Source: Candidatus Omnitrophota bacterium
Lineage (GTDB): Bacteria > Omnitrophota > Gorgyraeia > Zapsychrales > Fredricksoniimonadaceae
DNA length: 64,000 nucleotides
Assembly: GCA_015233335.1 (NCBI GenBank)
Contig: JADFXX010000001.1
Coordinates: 134,302-198,301, forward strand
Reading direction: 5' to 3'
This document shows positions 51,056 through 59,274 of the stretch, in pieces. Within the stretch, counting starts at the first letter, position 1. Every line of letters starts with the position of its first letter. The notes below the pieces were generated by a model. That model was not told the origin of the DNA. It saw only the letters and a list, made by a program, of their open reading frames with translations, and searched no databases. The translations under genes and the position numbers were made by a program.

Positions 51056-51823
51056 TTACGACACTTGGATCGGCCCCTCAATATCCCCGCGGATAAATTG
51101 CTGGACAATGGGGTTATCCGAATCTTTGATCTCTTGCGCCGTTCCTACCTGTAAAAGCCGTCCCTGATAAAGCATGGCCACACGGTCAGCGATACGAAAG
51201 ACGCTTTCCATATTATGCGTCACCACAATCGATGTGATCGCAAGTTTTCTAGTCAAATCCACGATCAATCGGTCCACAACCGCGCATACCACCGGATCAA
51301 GGCCGGCGGTGGGCTCATCATAGAAAACGATTTGGGGGTCCATCGCCAAAGCCCGGGCCAACCCTGCACGTTTTCGCATGCCGCCCGAAAGCTCACTGGG
51401 CATAAATTTCTCAAATCCGCCAAGACCCACCAGATTTAATTTTGTCTGCGCCATGATACTGATGATCCGAGGATCCAGTTTCGTGTGCTCCTTAATCGGC
51501 AGACAGACGTTTTCTTCTACATTTAAAAAGTCCAAAAGTGCGGCGGATTGAAAACTCATCCCGAAACACCTGCGGATCTTTTCTAATTCATCGCCTTTGA
51601 CAGCACTCATATCACGATTGTTAAAAAAAACCTGACCGCGGGTCGGCTTGACCCCGCCCGCCATAATCCTTAACATCGTGCTCTTGCCGCAGCCGGAACC
51701 TCCCAGAATAACAAATATCTCGCCGCGCGCCACATCAAAAGAAACCTTATCTAATACCTGACGGCCGTTATAAATTTTTTCTATTTGGCGTACTGAAAGA
51801 ATAATGTCGGGTTGATCGGCCAT
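51056..51823 (-). CDS. mlaF: MlaF-like ABC transporter ATP-binding protein
   Basis: Walker A GGSGCGKST, signature LSGGMRKRAGLARA and Walker B IVFYDEPTAGLD. Confidence 0.9.
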   Translation of the reverse strand: MADQPDIILSVRQIEKIYNGRQVLDKVSFDVARGEIFVILGGSGCGKSTMLRIMAGGVKPTRGQVFFNNRDMSAVKGDELEKIRRCFGMSFQSAALLDFLNVEENVCLPIKEHTKLDPRIISIMAQTKLNLVGLGGFEKFMPSELSGGMRKRAGLARALAMDPQIVFYDEPTAGLDPVVCAVVDRLIVDLTRKLAITSIVVTHNMESVFRIADRVAMLYQGRLLQVGTAQEIKDSDNPIVQQFIRGDIEGPIQVS

Positions 51824-51824
51824 A

Positions 51825-52625
51825 TCACATCTTTACAAAAAAGTAGATCCCTGTCACCACACAATCGGCCAGGATGATCAGAATGAAACTTGTAACCACA
51901 CTAATAGTCGTTGACCGCCCGACCCCCACCGCCCCGCCATCTGTTTTTAACCCCTGATAAACCCCGACCATGGTAATAATGACGGCAAAGATCAAACTCT
52001 TAGAGAGGCCGGTATAAATATCCTTGATGGTCAAGAATTTAAAAGCCGTCTGAATGTAAAGTCCGGCATTGATCTTTAAATTATAAACGCCGATCATATA
52101 ACCGCCCAGCATTCCTGAGGCATCGCCCCAGACGGTCAAAATCGGCAGCATGAACAACAACCCTAAAAATTTAGGAACGACTAAATAACGCAAAGGATTG
52201 ATCCCCATGGTATCAAGCGCTTCGATCTGCTCATTGACCTTCATGGATCCGATCTCCGCGGTGATCGAGGCCCCCACCCGGCCGGCTATGACCAAGGCGG
52301 TCAAAACCGGACCCAACTCACGGCAAAGTGAGATGGTCACAAGGCTTGCGACATAAATCGTACCGCCCATTTTGCTTAACTGATGGGCAGATTGCATGGC
52401 CAGAACAACACCGGTAAAAAAAGTGACAAAAAAAACGATCCGCACGGAATCGTAGCCCATAAAAACCATTTGCGAAAAAAATGCTTTAGAATCGATGGGC
52501 TTAGATTTAAAAGGACCGACCATTATCCAGTAAAGTGTTTCCAATAAAAGGCTTATGCCTTCTTGGGCCACCTGACAGCCTCTTAACACAGAAGCACCGA
52601 TCTCTTCAACCTTATTGGACTTCAC
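51825..52625 (-). CDS. mlaE: MlaE-like ABC transporter permease
   Basis: 266 aa. The pattern (ARELGPVLTALVIAGRVGASITAEIGSMKVNEQIEAL) is diagnostic of MlaE/Ttg2B. Confidence 0.9.
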   Translation of the reverse strand: MKSNKVEEIGASVLRGCQVAQEGISLLLETLYWIMVGPFKSKPIDSKAFFSQMVFMGYDSVRIVFFVTFFTGVVLAMQSAHQLSKMGGTIYVASLVTISLCRELGPVLTALVIAGRVGASITAEIGSMKVNEQIEALDTMGINPLRYLVVPKFLGLLFMLPILTVWGDASGMLGGYMIGVYNLKINAGLYIQTAFKFLTIKDIYTGLSKSLIFAVIITMVGVYQGLKTDGGAVGVGRSTTISVVTSFILIILADCVVTGIYFFVKM

Positions 52626-52957
52626 TGAAAACTCCTCAACGCTTCTTCACGACTTGCCACCATACTAAACAGTTTATGGACACGGGTGACTTCGAATACT
52701 CCGATAATCCTTTTATTGACTCCGCTTAAACACATCCGCCCGTTTATTTTTTCCAAATTCTGAAACATTTCGATCAAGGTCGCGATCCCGGAGCTATCAA
52801 TAAAAGACACCTTTTCAAGGTCTACCAAAACCTTCTTATTATTTTCTTTTAAGATCTTCTTAAAATTCTCACGCAACACATTGGAATTATCCATGTTAAG
52901 ATCACCCTCCAATGTTACAAGAGCAACATCATTAATCTTCTCAAGCCTCACAACCAT
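52622..52957 (-). CDS. STAS-domain protein (anti-sigma antagonist / MlaB-like), copy 1
   Basis: 111 aa with FIDSSGIATL. 4-nt overlap with the mlaE start. Confidence 0.85.
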   Translation of the reverse strand: MVVRLEKINDVALVTLEGDLNMDNSNVLRENFKKILKENNKKVLVDLEKVSFIDSSGIATLIEMFQNLEKINGRMCLSGVNKRIIGVFEVTRVHKLFSMVASREEALRSFQ

Positions 52958-52969
52958 TTGTTCGTCCTT

Positions 52970-54844
52970 TTAAGAAACCTTAATAACGACTAAGGTAATG
53001 TCATCCTGCTGCTTGCGCTTGCCTAAAAACTTCATCACGTCTTTAATGATCTCGTCGCGCAAATCCAACGCCGGCAAATCTCTATGCATCTGAACAAACG
53101 CCTTCAGGCGCTCAATGCCGTACATTTCATTTTTTATGTTAGCGGCCTCGGTTATGCCGTCCGTATAATAAATAAAAACATCTCCGGAGTCAAATTTTAT
53201 CTGCCGCCCGGAATAGGCGCTCTTCATCATGCCCAAAGGAAAGCCTTCGTCCACATCTAGAACAATGGCTTTCCCCTCACGCCCCAAATACAACACCGGA
53301 AGATGACCGCCATTAGCATAAGACATAACCCGCCGTTTCAAATCGAATATAGAATAATATATCGTAACAAAACGGTTCGATGCGGTCTCCCGCACGATCT
53401 TTTCATTGAGCTCATACAAGGTCTGGCTTGGGGTGTTCTGCGGCTTGGCAAAAAACTTGAAAGAGCTGACCGCCATGGTCATAAAAAGGCTTGCTGATAT
53501 CCCTTTGCCCGCGACATCTCCGATCATGACCCCAAGCTGATCTTGATCAAACTTGAGTACATCATAAAGATCCCCGCCCACCTCGCGGGCAGTCAACATG
53601 GTGGCCGCCATATCAAACCCTTTGACTTCAGGTAAACTTGCGGGTATAAAACTTTCTTGGATCTGCTGGGCGATCGAAAATTCGTTTTCCAAAATGATCC
53701 GTTCCTTAAAATGAAGAATGGATTTGTACAGAGTGCATAAAAGATACAAAAGCCCCATGATCACGAGCGGATAAAAAATATCGATCCATATTCCAAACTT
53801 ATTAAAAAGCATCACGCTAATAACCGCAAAAATAGCCGCAATTTCAAAGAGAAATCCAAAGGCCTGCAAAGGCGCCGCTTTTAGTGAAGCCCCAATGATA
53901 AGCGCCCCTAAAATAATAAAAATGCAGAGATTTATTCTTCTTGACGCCCTGGAAATAAATTTGTGATGCAGGATAGAATTAATGACATCTGCATGGATAC
54001 CGATCGAGGGATACAAGCCTTCCAAAGGGCTGGGATGCAGATCTGTGGTTCCGTCAGCCGTATAACCGACCAGGCAGATCTTTGAGCGAAAAACATTAAG
54101 ATCCACAACAGGCCTTGTCCCGACGCTTTGAGCCTCCCATGAGCCCAGCACATCCCCGAAAGAATAATGCTGATACGCACTGGTCCATGGACCGGCAAAG
54201 TTAACGATCACATCCGAGTTTTCATCCAAAGGAATCCCCTCGCGGTCTAGATCTTTTTGCAAATAATCACCTGCGACCAATAATGCCATGGCAGGATAGT
54301 GCCGGCCCCCGTACTGCACATGTAACGGAACCCTTCGGAATTTTCCATCGGCATCGGGAATGACATTGATATATCCTGTGCCTTTGGCGATACCTGCTAA
54401 TTCCGGAAGATCTTGGGTGGAATACCGCAGTGCCCGCGTGACACCTTGGGACTTTCGCTCATCTAATTCAAAGACATAAGGCAAATAAACATTCCCTGCC
54501 GCACGCATGGCATCCTGCAAATCTTTGTCCCCGTGGGCGGGCTCACTAAAGAAAATATCAAAAACAACAGCCTTAGCGCCGGCATGACTCAAAGCATCAA
54601 TAAGCTTGGCATGATAGCCGCGGTGAAAAGGGAAGGTCCCGATTTTTTGGATGGTGGCATTATCGATCTCAATGATCGCAACTTTGTCAGTCGTGGATAT
54701 AGGTCCGCGCAGACGGAATCTTAGATCTAAAGCATCCAGTTCATTTTTTTCAAAAACTTGATACCAAGAGCCGTACAATAAAAGAACGGCAGTCACAAGT
54801 AAAGCTGAAACAGCGGCTATTTTCTTAAGGATTATCTTGGACAT
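52970..54844 (-). CDS. CHASE2 sensor - transmembrane - PP2C/SpoIIE serine phosphatase
   Basis: 624 aa. The N-terminal periplasmic CHASE2 pattern (RFRLRGP...VAIIEID...[15 protein letters not shown]...VVFDIFF), three TM helices, and a SpoIIE domain ([31 protein letters not shown]). Confidence 0.8.
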   Translation of the reverse strand: MSKIILKKIAAVSALLVTAVLLLYGSWYQVFEKNELDALDLRFRLRGPISTTDKVAIIEIDNATIQKIGTFPFHRGYHAKLIDALSHAGAKAVVFDIFFSEPAHGDKDLQDAMRAAGNVYLPYVFELDERKSQGVTRALRYSTQDLPELAGIAKGTGYINVIPDADGKFRRVPLHVQYGGRHYPAMALLVAGDYLQKDLDREGIPLDENSDVIVNFAGPWTSAYQHYSFGDVLGSWEAQSVGTRPVVDLNVFRSKICLVGYTADGTTDLHPSPLEGLYPSIGIHADVINSILHHKFISRASRRINLCIFIILGALIIGASLKAAPLQAFGFLFEIAAIFAVISVMLFNKFGIWIDIFYPLVIMGLLYLLCTLYKSILHFKERIILENEFSIAQQIQESFIPASLPEVKGFDMAATMLTAREVGGDLYDVLKFDQDQLGVMIGDVAGKGISASLFMTMAVSSFKFFAKPQNTPSQTLYELNEKIVRETASNRFVTIYYSIFDLKRRVMSYANGGHLPVLYLGREGKAIVLDVDEGFPLGMMKSAYSGRQIKFDSGDVFIYYTDGITEAANIKNEMYGIERLKAFVQMHRDLPALDLRDEIIKDVMKFLGKRKQQDDITLVVIKVS

Positions 54845-55892
54845 ATTCCGAATAGGTAACGTCTTTTAAGCTTACGTAGACTTCATCCTGCTTCTTAATC
54901 TTTAAGCGTTTAAGTTCTTCCTGAGTGATCTCAACCAAAATCAGCTCACCGGACTCAGTCTTCAAATTAACCTTCACGATCGTCCCCGCGGGATTAACGT
55001 ATTCAACAACAGCCTTGAGTGCTGAACCCGTAAAAACCTTGGAAAGCTGGAACTGGTTCGGGCGCACATAAAGCTTAGCGGACTGCGGATGGTCAACAGA
55101 CAAGCCCGGCACCTCCAGAGCTGTATTCCCTATCACGGCTTTGCCTTCTTCAAGCCGACAGTGGAAAAAATTGACGTTTCCTAAAAAACTTAAAACAAAA
55201 GAATTGACCGGATTATGAAAAACATCCTCGGGGGTGCCGACTTGGACCAACTTGCCGCGGTTCATGACCACGATACGGTCCGCGACTTCCAGCGCCTCTT
55301 CCTGATCATGGGTTACAAAAATAGTAGTAATATGAAACTCATCATGAAAGCGCCTAAGCCATGCGCGCAGTTCTTTTCTCACATGGGCATCCAGCGATCC
55401 AAATGGTTCGTCCAACAGCAGGACTTTAGGCCTCACGGCAAGCGCACGGGCCAGCGCTATTCTCTGTCTCTGCCCGCCGGAAAGCTGCCAGGGATAGCGC
55501 TCAGATACCCATTCCAGCTGGATCAAATGCAGCAATTCCATGACCTTAGCGCGGATCTCCTCACGCGAGGGCCTTATATTACGGGGCAGGACATTAAGCC
55601 CAAAGGCAATATTATCAAAGACTGTCATATGCCGAAAAAGGGCGTAGTGCTGAAACACAAACCCGACCCCGCGCTCGCGGGTCTTCTGGTCCTGAGCGTC
55701 ACGTCCGCTGAAAAGCACTTGCCCCTCATCAAAAGCATCAAGACCGGCAACGACACGTAATAATGTCGTCTTCCCAGAACCCGAAGGCCCCAATAGCGCT
55801 ATCAATTCCCCATTCTCAATCTTAAGGCTCACATCATCCAAAGCCTTAAAACTGCCGAATTTTTTGTTAACATGCTTTAATTCTATACTCAT
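54825..55892 (-). CDS. cysA: CysA-like sulfate/molybdate-type ABC ATP-binding protein (no cognate permease in window)
   Basis: 355 aa, collinear by eye with E. coli CysA ([84 protein letters not shown]). Confidence 0.8.
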   Translation of the reverse strand: MSIELKHVNKKFGSFKALDDVSLKIENGELIALLGPSGSGKTTLLRVVAGLDAFDEGQVLFSGRDAQDQKTRERGVGFVFQHYALFRHMTVFDNIAFGLNVLPRNIRPSREEIRAKVMELLHLIQLEWVSERYPWQLSGGQRQRIALARALAVRPKVLLLDEPFGSLDAHVRKELRAWLRRFHDEFHITTIFVTHDQEEALEVADRIVVMNRGKLVQVGTPEDVFHNPVNSFVLSFLGNVNFFHCRLEEGKAVIGNTALEVPGLSVDHPQSAKLYVRPNQFQLSKVFTGSALKAVVEYVNPAGTIVKVNLKTESGELILVEITQEELKRLKIKKQDEVYVSLKDVTYSEYVQDNP

Positions 55893-55981
55893 AATTTGTC
55901 TCTTCTTGGCGCACGCTAGTCAAAAATTCAATTGTACTCGAATTGAAACAAGTGTCCAGCTAAAAGCAATCCCCTGCCAAT

Positions 55982-56017
55982 AAAAAACCCCTAAGACATA
56001 TTCAATGTGCTTAGGGG
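55982..56017 (-). terminator. Rho-independent terminator after the mamK-locus small genes
   Basis: An 8-bp GC-rich stem (cccctaag / cttagggg) with a 14-nt loop, followed on the minus strand by T6. It starts 25 nt downstream of the stop at 56042. Confidence 0.6.
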
Positions 56018-56041
56018 TCAATAATCTTCTATACTTTAAAT

Positions 56042-56200
56042 CTATTTCGCAACAAGGTCATTGATGGCTTTTTCTTTATTCTCATCAACCGAAGTTTTGC
56101 TGCAGCATGAGCCCTTTTTACCGAACAATTTGGTAAGCATAGCACCTGCCGCCATGGATAATAAAATAACCCCTGCTGTTGACAATGAAATCGGTTCCAT
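56042..56200 (-). CDS. Small single-TM protein with CC motif
   Basis: Manual translation MEPISLSTAGVILLSMAAGAMLTKLFGKKGSCCSKTSVDENKEKAINDLVAK (52 aa). GGAGG RBS. Below the ORF-track cutoff. Confidence 0.4.
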   Translation of the reverse strand: MEPISLSTAGVILLSMAAGAMLTKLFGKKGSCCSKTSVDENKEKAINDLVAK

Positions 56201-56218
56201 ATTCTTATCCTCCCTATT

Positions 56219-56395
56219 TTAAGCCTTCTCTGTACGCCCCAGCAAATAATAAAGAACGATACCTGCTACAGGCAATGCGAAGACCAGAACGCCCCACAAC
56301 GCCTTCTTAACAACTGATAAACTCCCTTTGAGAATATCAAACAGCGCTATGATCACGATAAAAAGATAAAGCAAACATCCTAATGGGATTTCCAT
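56219..56395 (-). CDS. Small membrane protein, PLD-nuclease N-terminal (PLDc_N)-like
   Basis: Manual translation MEIPLGCLLYLFIVIIALFDILKGSLSVVKKALWGVLVFALPVAGIVLYYLLGRTEKA (58 aa). AGGAG RBS. The W..LV..LP..G...Y.L.GR pattern is typical of the family. Confidence 0.5.
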   Translation of the reverse strand: MEIPLGCLLYLFIVIIALFDILKGSLSVVKKALWGVLVFALPVAGIVLYYLLGRTEKA

Positions 56396-56433
56396 AATTG
56401 AGATCTCCTTTCTTAGGTATTATCCTGCCCATC

Positions 56434-57498
56434 TTAAGCCAATATCTGCCAGAAATGCTTAGGCATACGTTTGGCCATCTTAAGCGCGCCATTGGCTCCG
56501 CCAAAAACCGGCTCTTCCACACGTCTGACCCTTCCTCCGCCTAATTCTCTCATGCCTTCTTCGACTAATTTGGGCAAGCCGATCATCTGGCTTCCGCCGC
56601 CGGCCAAGATAACGTTATGACGCAGGTCTTCCTGAAACTCAGGATCATAAGAAGCGATCAACTCCGCGATGGAATCAATAATCGGAGGAACAATGCTCCG
56701 GCAGGCCGCACGCAGTTCATTGGTAATATCGACCTCAACAGGACGGCCCTTGACCGGAAATTTGGCCGTGATCTTGTCCGCGCTGTCTGCAACAAAACCA
56801 TGCTTTTCTTTAAGGGATTTGATCATGTTGATAGTAAACTGGACATCGGGGTGTTTGGCCTTGATCCCTTTAGCAAACTGTTCGTCCACATAATCTCCGG
56901 CTTTATCAAACGTGATCTGGTCCTCATCCTCAGGCAGGGTGCCGTGCAGACGGCAAAGGTCCACGGTACCGGCCCCTATGTCAATAATAAGGGCACGGTC
57001 TAAAATCCCCAAACCATACGCCACAGAAAAAGGTTCCGAGCAGATCATGACCGCATTAAGAATTCCACGGGATGCGTCCACCAGGATTTTCTTGCTGGCA
57101 ATGCTGGCACGGGCCGGTGCGCCGATGACCCCATACACATGCTGGCCGGATTTGGGACGGGCCAAATGAAGCAGGTGCTTGACCAATAACTGGGCCGCCT
57201 TTAAATTGATATTGTCCCCGGTCTTTGTTTCCTGAATAACACCGCGGGCCAAGGGCCTGACAAGCTCCACGGAAAGCCTGTGCTTGAGCGCCGCATCACC
57301 GAACAAAGGCTCATTGCCCAACAACTCTTCGGCAATATTATCTTTAGGAAAACCCACAAATGAGGGAACAACTTCGCGCACCCCGTTACTAGCCGCTATG
57401 ACTGAAGAAGATGTCCCTAAATCTATGCCTACAAAAAGGGCTTCGGTCTCGGAGGAAAAAGAGTCTTGTTTCTTGATGATTTCTTTCTTCTTGGACAT
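56434..57498 (-). CDS. mamK: MamK-like actin-family filament protein
   Basis: 354 aa from ATG 57498 (AGGAG RBS). The longer track ORF runs into a repeat element. GIDLGTSSSVIA, MICSEPFSVAYGLG, IIDIGAGTVDLCRL and LAGGGSQMIGL are collinear with MamK as I remember it. Confidence 0.85.
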   Translation of the reverse strand: MSKKKEIIKKQDSFSSETEALFVGIDLGTSSSVIAASNGVREVVPSFVGFPKDNIAEELLGNEPLFGDAALKHRLSVELVRPLARGVIQETKTGDNINLKAAQLLVKHLLHLARPKSGQHVYGVIGAPARASIASKKILVDASRGILNAVMICSEPFSVAYGLGILDRALIIDIGAGTVDLCRLHGTLPEDEDQITFDKAGDYVDEQFAKGIKAKHPDVQFTINMIKSLKEKHGFVADSADKITAKFPVKGRPVEVDITNELRAACRSIVPPIIDSIAELIASYDPEFQEDLRHNVILAGGGSQMIGLPKLVEEGMRELGGGRVRRVEEPVFGGANGALKMAKRMPKHFWQILA

Positions 57499-57520
57499 TA
57501 AAAATCTCCTTACGAATTGT

Positions 57521-57614
57521 GTGTCATTGCGAACCCCAACGGGGTGAAGCAATCTTTACAAAATTGGCTGTTCTATCAAAGATTGCTTCGTCGCTTCGCT
57601 CCTCGCAATAACAC
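57521..57614. repeat. Palindromic intergenic repeat, type A, full copy
   Basis: gtgtcattgcgaaccccaacggggtgaagcaatct ... agattgcttcgtcgcttcgctcctcgcaataacac, immediately upstream of mamK-like. Confidence 0.9.
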
Positions 57615-57625
57615 TGTTGGAACGA

Positions 57626-58060
57626 TTATGCTAATTTAACAAGTTCCGGTTTCTGAAGAACAATGTTCTGTTTAAGGATGGTCGCTAAAATGTTCTTTTC
57701 ATCTTTGCTAAAATGTTCATCACTCTCAACCGAGCCGATGGCCCCTGCCATGGTCTGGGCGTTTAAATGGCCGCTTAGCTGCAATTCGGCAATCTTTTCC
57801 TGAAGGACACGGATGGCTTCGGACATGGCTTTAAGCCGCCGGTCATATTCCTGCAGAGTCATCTCATGTTGTTCGGGATTTAATTGAGCTGTCTTTTCAG
57901 AAACGATCTTGTAGATTTCATCTTTAGGAAGAAGGCTTGCAGAGACCTTTGATCCGGTCCTGCGGGTGACATCCCATAATCCTGAAATGCCGCGCTTAGC
58001 ACTCCCGGCAAACTTGCCCAGGGTCCAGGCTACGTTCAGATGGGATTCTTGGGATGCCAT
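57626..58060 (-). CDS. Hypothetical protein upstream of mamK-like
   Basis: 144 aa with a central coiled segment (RRLKAMSEAIRVLQEKIAELQ). No recognisable domain. Confidence 0.4.
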   Translation of the reverse strand: MASQESHLNVAWTLGKFAGSAKRGISGLWDVTRRTGSKVSASLLPKDEIYKIVSEKTAQLNPEQHEMTLQEYDRRLKAMSEAIRVLQEKIAELQLSGHLNAQTMAGAIGSVESDEHFSKDEKNILATILKQNIVLQKPELVKLA

Positions 58061-58066
58061 AAAAGA

Positions 58067-58207
58067 TTACTGGTCCAATTCCTTTTTAGGTGATTTCTTC
58101 TTTCGAAGGGATTTTATTCTTTGAAACAACACTCCGGCCCCGTAAGACACTTTCTTCAAAATATTCTTAGGCCTGCTTACCTTAATTTTCTTCTTTGCTT
58201 TTGACAT
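58067..58207 (-). CDS. Small highly basic protein (possible)
   Basis: Manual translation MSKAKKKIKVSRPKNILKKVSYGAGVLFQRIKSLRKKKSPKKELDQ (46 aa). It ends 6 nt before the next ATG. Coding status uncertain. Confidence 0.3.
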   Translation of the reverse strand: MSKAKKKIKVSRPKNILKKVSYGAGVLFQRIKSLRKKKSPKKELDQ

Positions 58208-58252
58208 TAGGGTGAGTTTATATCACCCCCCCCGAAGTCAAGCAAAAAAATT

Positions 58253-59206
58253 CTAGCTGGCGCCGACAAACCAGCCGACAAAAAAAACAAGAAGGCCTCC
58301 GACCACAACCTGAAAGGCCGCGGCAAGGAAAGGCGTATCCATATATTTCCATCGGATGCATGAAATAGCGCCCAACTCTATGATAACAACTGCAATCGCG
58401 ATCGTTAACGCTGCATGAAAATCACGAAGAAAAAAAGGTACAGTATGGCCTAAACCGCCAAGCGTCGTCATGATCCCGCAAATGACGCCGCGCAGCCACG
58501 GAGAACCGCGTCCGCTGAGCTTCCCGTCGTCAGAAAGCGCCTCGGCAAACCCCATGCTGATCCCTGCACCGACGGAAGCCGCAAGTCCCACTTTAAGAGT
58601 TTCTAAAGTATTGCTCGTCGCAAATGCCGCGGCGAAAATAGGCGCCAAGGTTGAGACCGAACCGTCCATCAATCCTGCCAAGCCCGGCTGAATAAAGCGC
58701 AGGACAAAAAGGCGGCGTTGAGCGTTGCTTTCTTCCATCAGGCCGCCGTCTGCCATCTTCTCCTGAGTTATTTGGGAAGCGCTGCTCGCGTGTTGTTGTT
58801 CTTCCTGCGCCAAGTCTCCCAAAAGTTTGCGCATCGAGGCATCATTGGTCCGTTGGGCAGCGACTTCATAAAACCGGCGCGCTTCCAACTCCATGGACGC
58901 GGCTTCCTCCCGCGCTTTATCGGGACGCACCGTATGCATAAACCAAAAAGGGCGCCGCGTGACAAAGCCCTTCACATCCTGCCGGCGAATAAGAGGAATA
59001 TGTTCGCCAAAACGTTTTTGATAAAGACTGATCAGGCGGCTGCGGTGCCCGGACTCTTCCTTGGACATCCGCACAAAAAGATCGGCTGTCACCGGAAAAT
59101 CCTTGCGCAGGGCTTCGGCAAAGTCCCGATAAATATGCCCGTCTTCTTCTTCGGCGCTGATGGCAAGGGCAAGCACTTGCGCTTCAGTTAAATCATGAAA
59201 ATACAT
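58253..59206 (-). CDS. mbfA: Ferritin-like (erythrin) domain fused to VIT1/CCC1 iron transporter (MbfA-like)
   Basis: 317 aa. An N-terminal diiron four-helix pattern (EEEDGH...EESGH...ELEARRFY...EEQQH) and a C-terminal VIT1 membrane domain ([20 protein letters not shown]...[13 protein letters not shown]). Confidence 0.85.
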   Translation of the reverse strand: MYFHDLTEAQVLALAISAEEEDGHIYRDFAEALRKDFPVTADLFVRMSKEESGHRSRLISLYQKRFGEHIPLIRRQDVKGFVTRRPFWFMHTVRPDKAREEAASMELEARRFYEVAAQRTNDASMRKLLGDLAQEEQQHASSASQITQEKMADGGLMEESNAQRRLFVLRFIQPGLAGLMDGSVSTLAPIFAAAFATSNTLETLKVGLAASVGAGISMGFAEALSDDGKLSGRGSPWLRGVICGIMTTLGGLGHTVPFFLRDFHAALTIAIAVVIIELGAISCIRWKYMDTPFLAAAFQVVVGGLLVFFVGWFVGAS

Positions 59207-59242
59207 ATTAAAAAATCCTTTCTTGGTTTACCCCAAGGAAGC

Positions 59243-59270
59243 ATTGTATCAAAATTAAGAATACTTTCAA
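59243..59270 (-). promoter_or_regulatory. Candidate sigma70-type promoter of the mbfA-like gene (TTGAAA-16-TACAAT)
   Basis: On the minus strand: -35 TTGAAA (59265..59270), a 16-nt spacer and -10 TACAAT (59243..59248), about 36 nt upstream of the ATG at 59206. Confidence 0.4.
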
Positions 59271-59274
59271 GTTT

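Noticed and set aside
57499-57552. 18-codon N-terminal extension of the MamK-like ORF in the track
   Set aside because: The extension is encoded by the type A repeat arm. The internal ATG at 57498 has an AGGAG RBS and gives a MamK-typical N-terminus.
493-57614. Possibility that the recurring ~35-nt sequences are a CRISPR array
   Set aside because: The copies are kilobases apart and irregularly spaced, occur as inverted pairs with short loops, and sit between ordinary genes. No cas genes are present. They are REP/MITE-like elements, not CRISPR.
58217-58241. TTGACT ... TATAAA promoter-like hexamers with a G8 tract in the spacer, upstream of the small basic ORF
   Set aside because: The spacer is only 13 nt, too short for a functional sigma70-type promoter as written. 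It would need +3-4 nt, so I do not call it a promoter. The G8 tract is noted only as another slippage-prone run.
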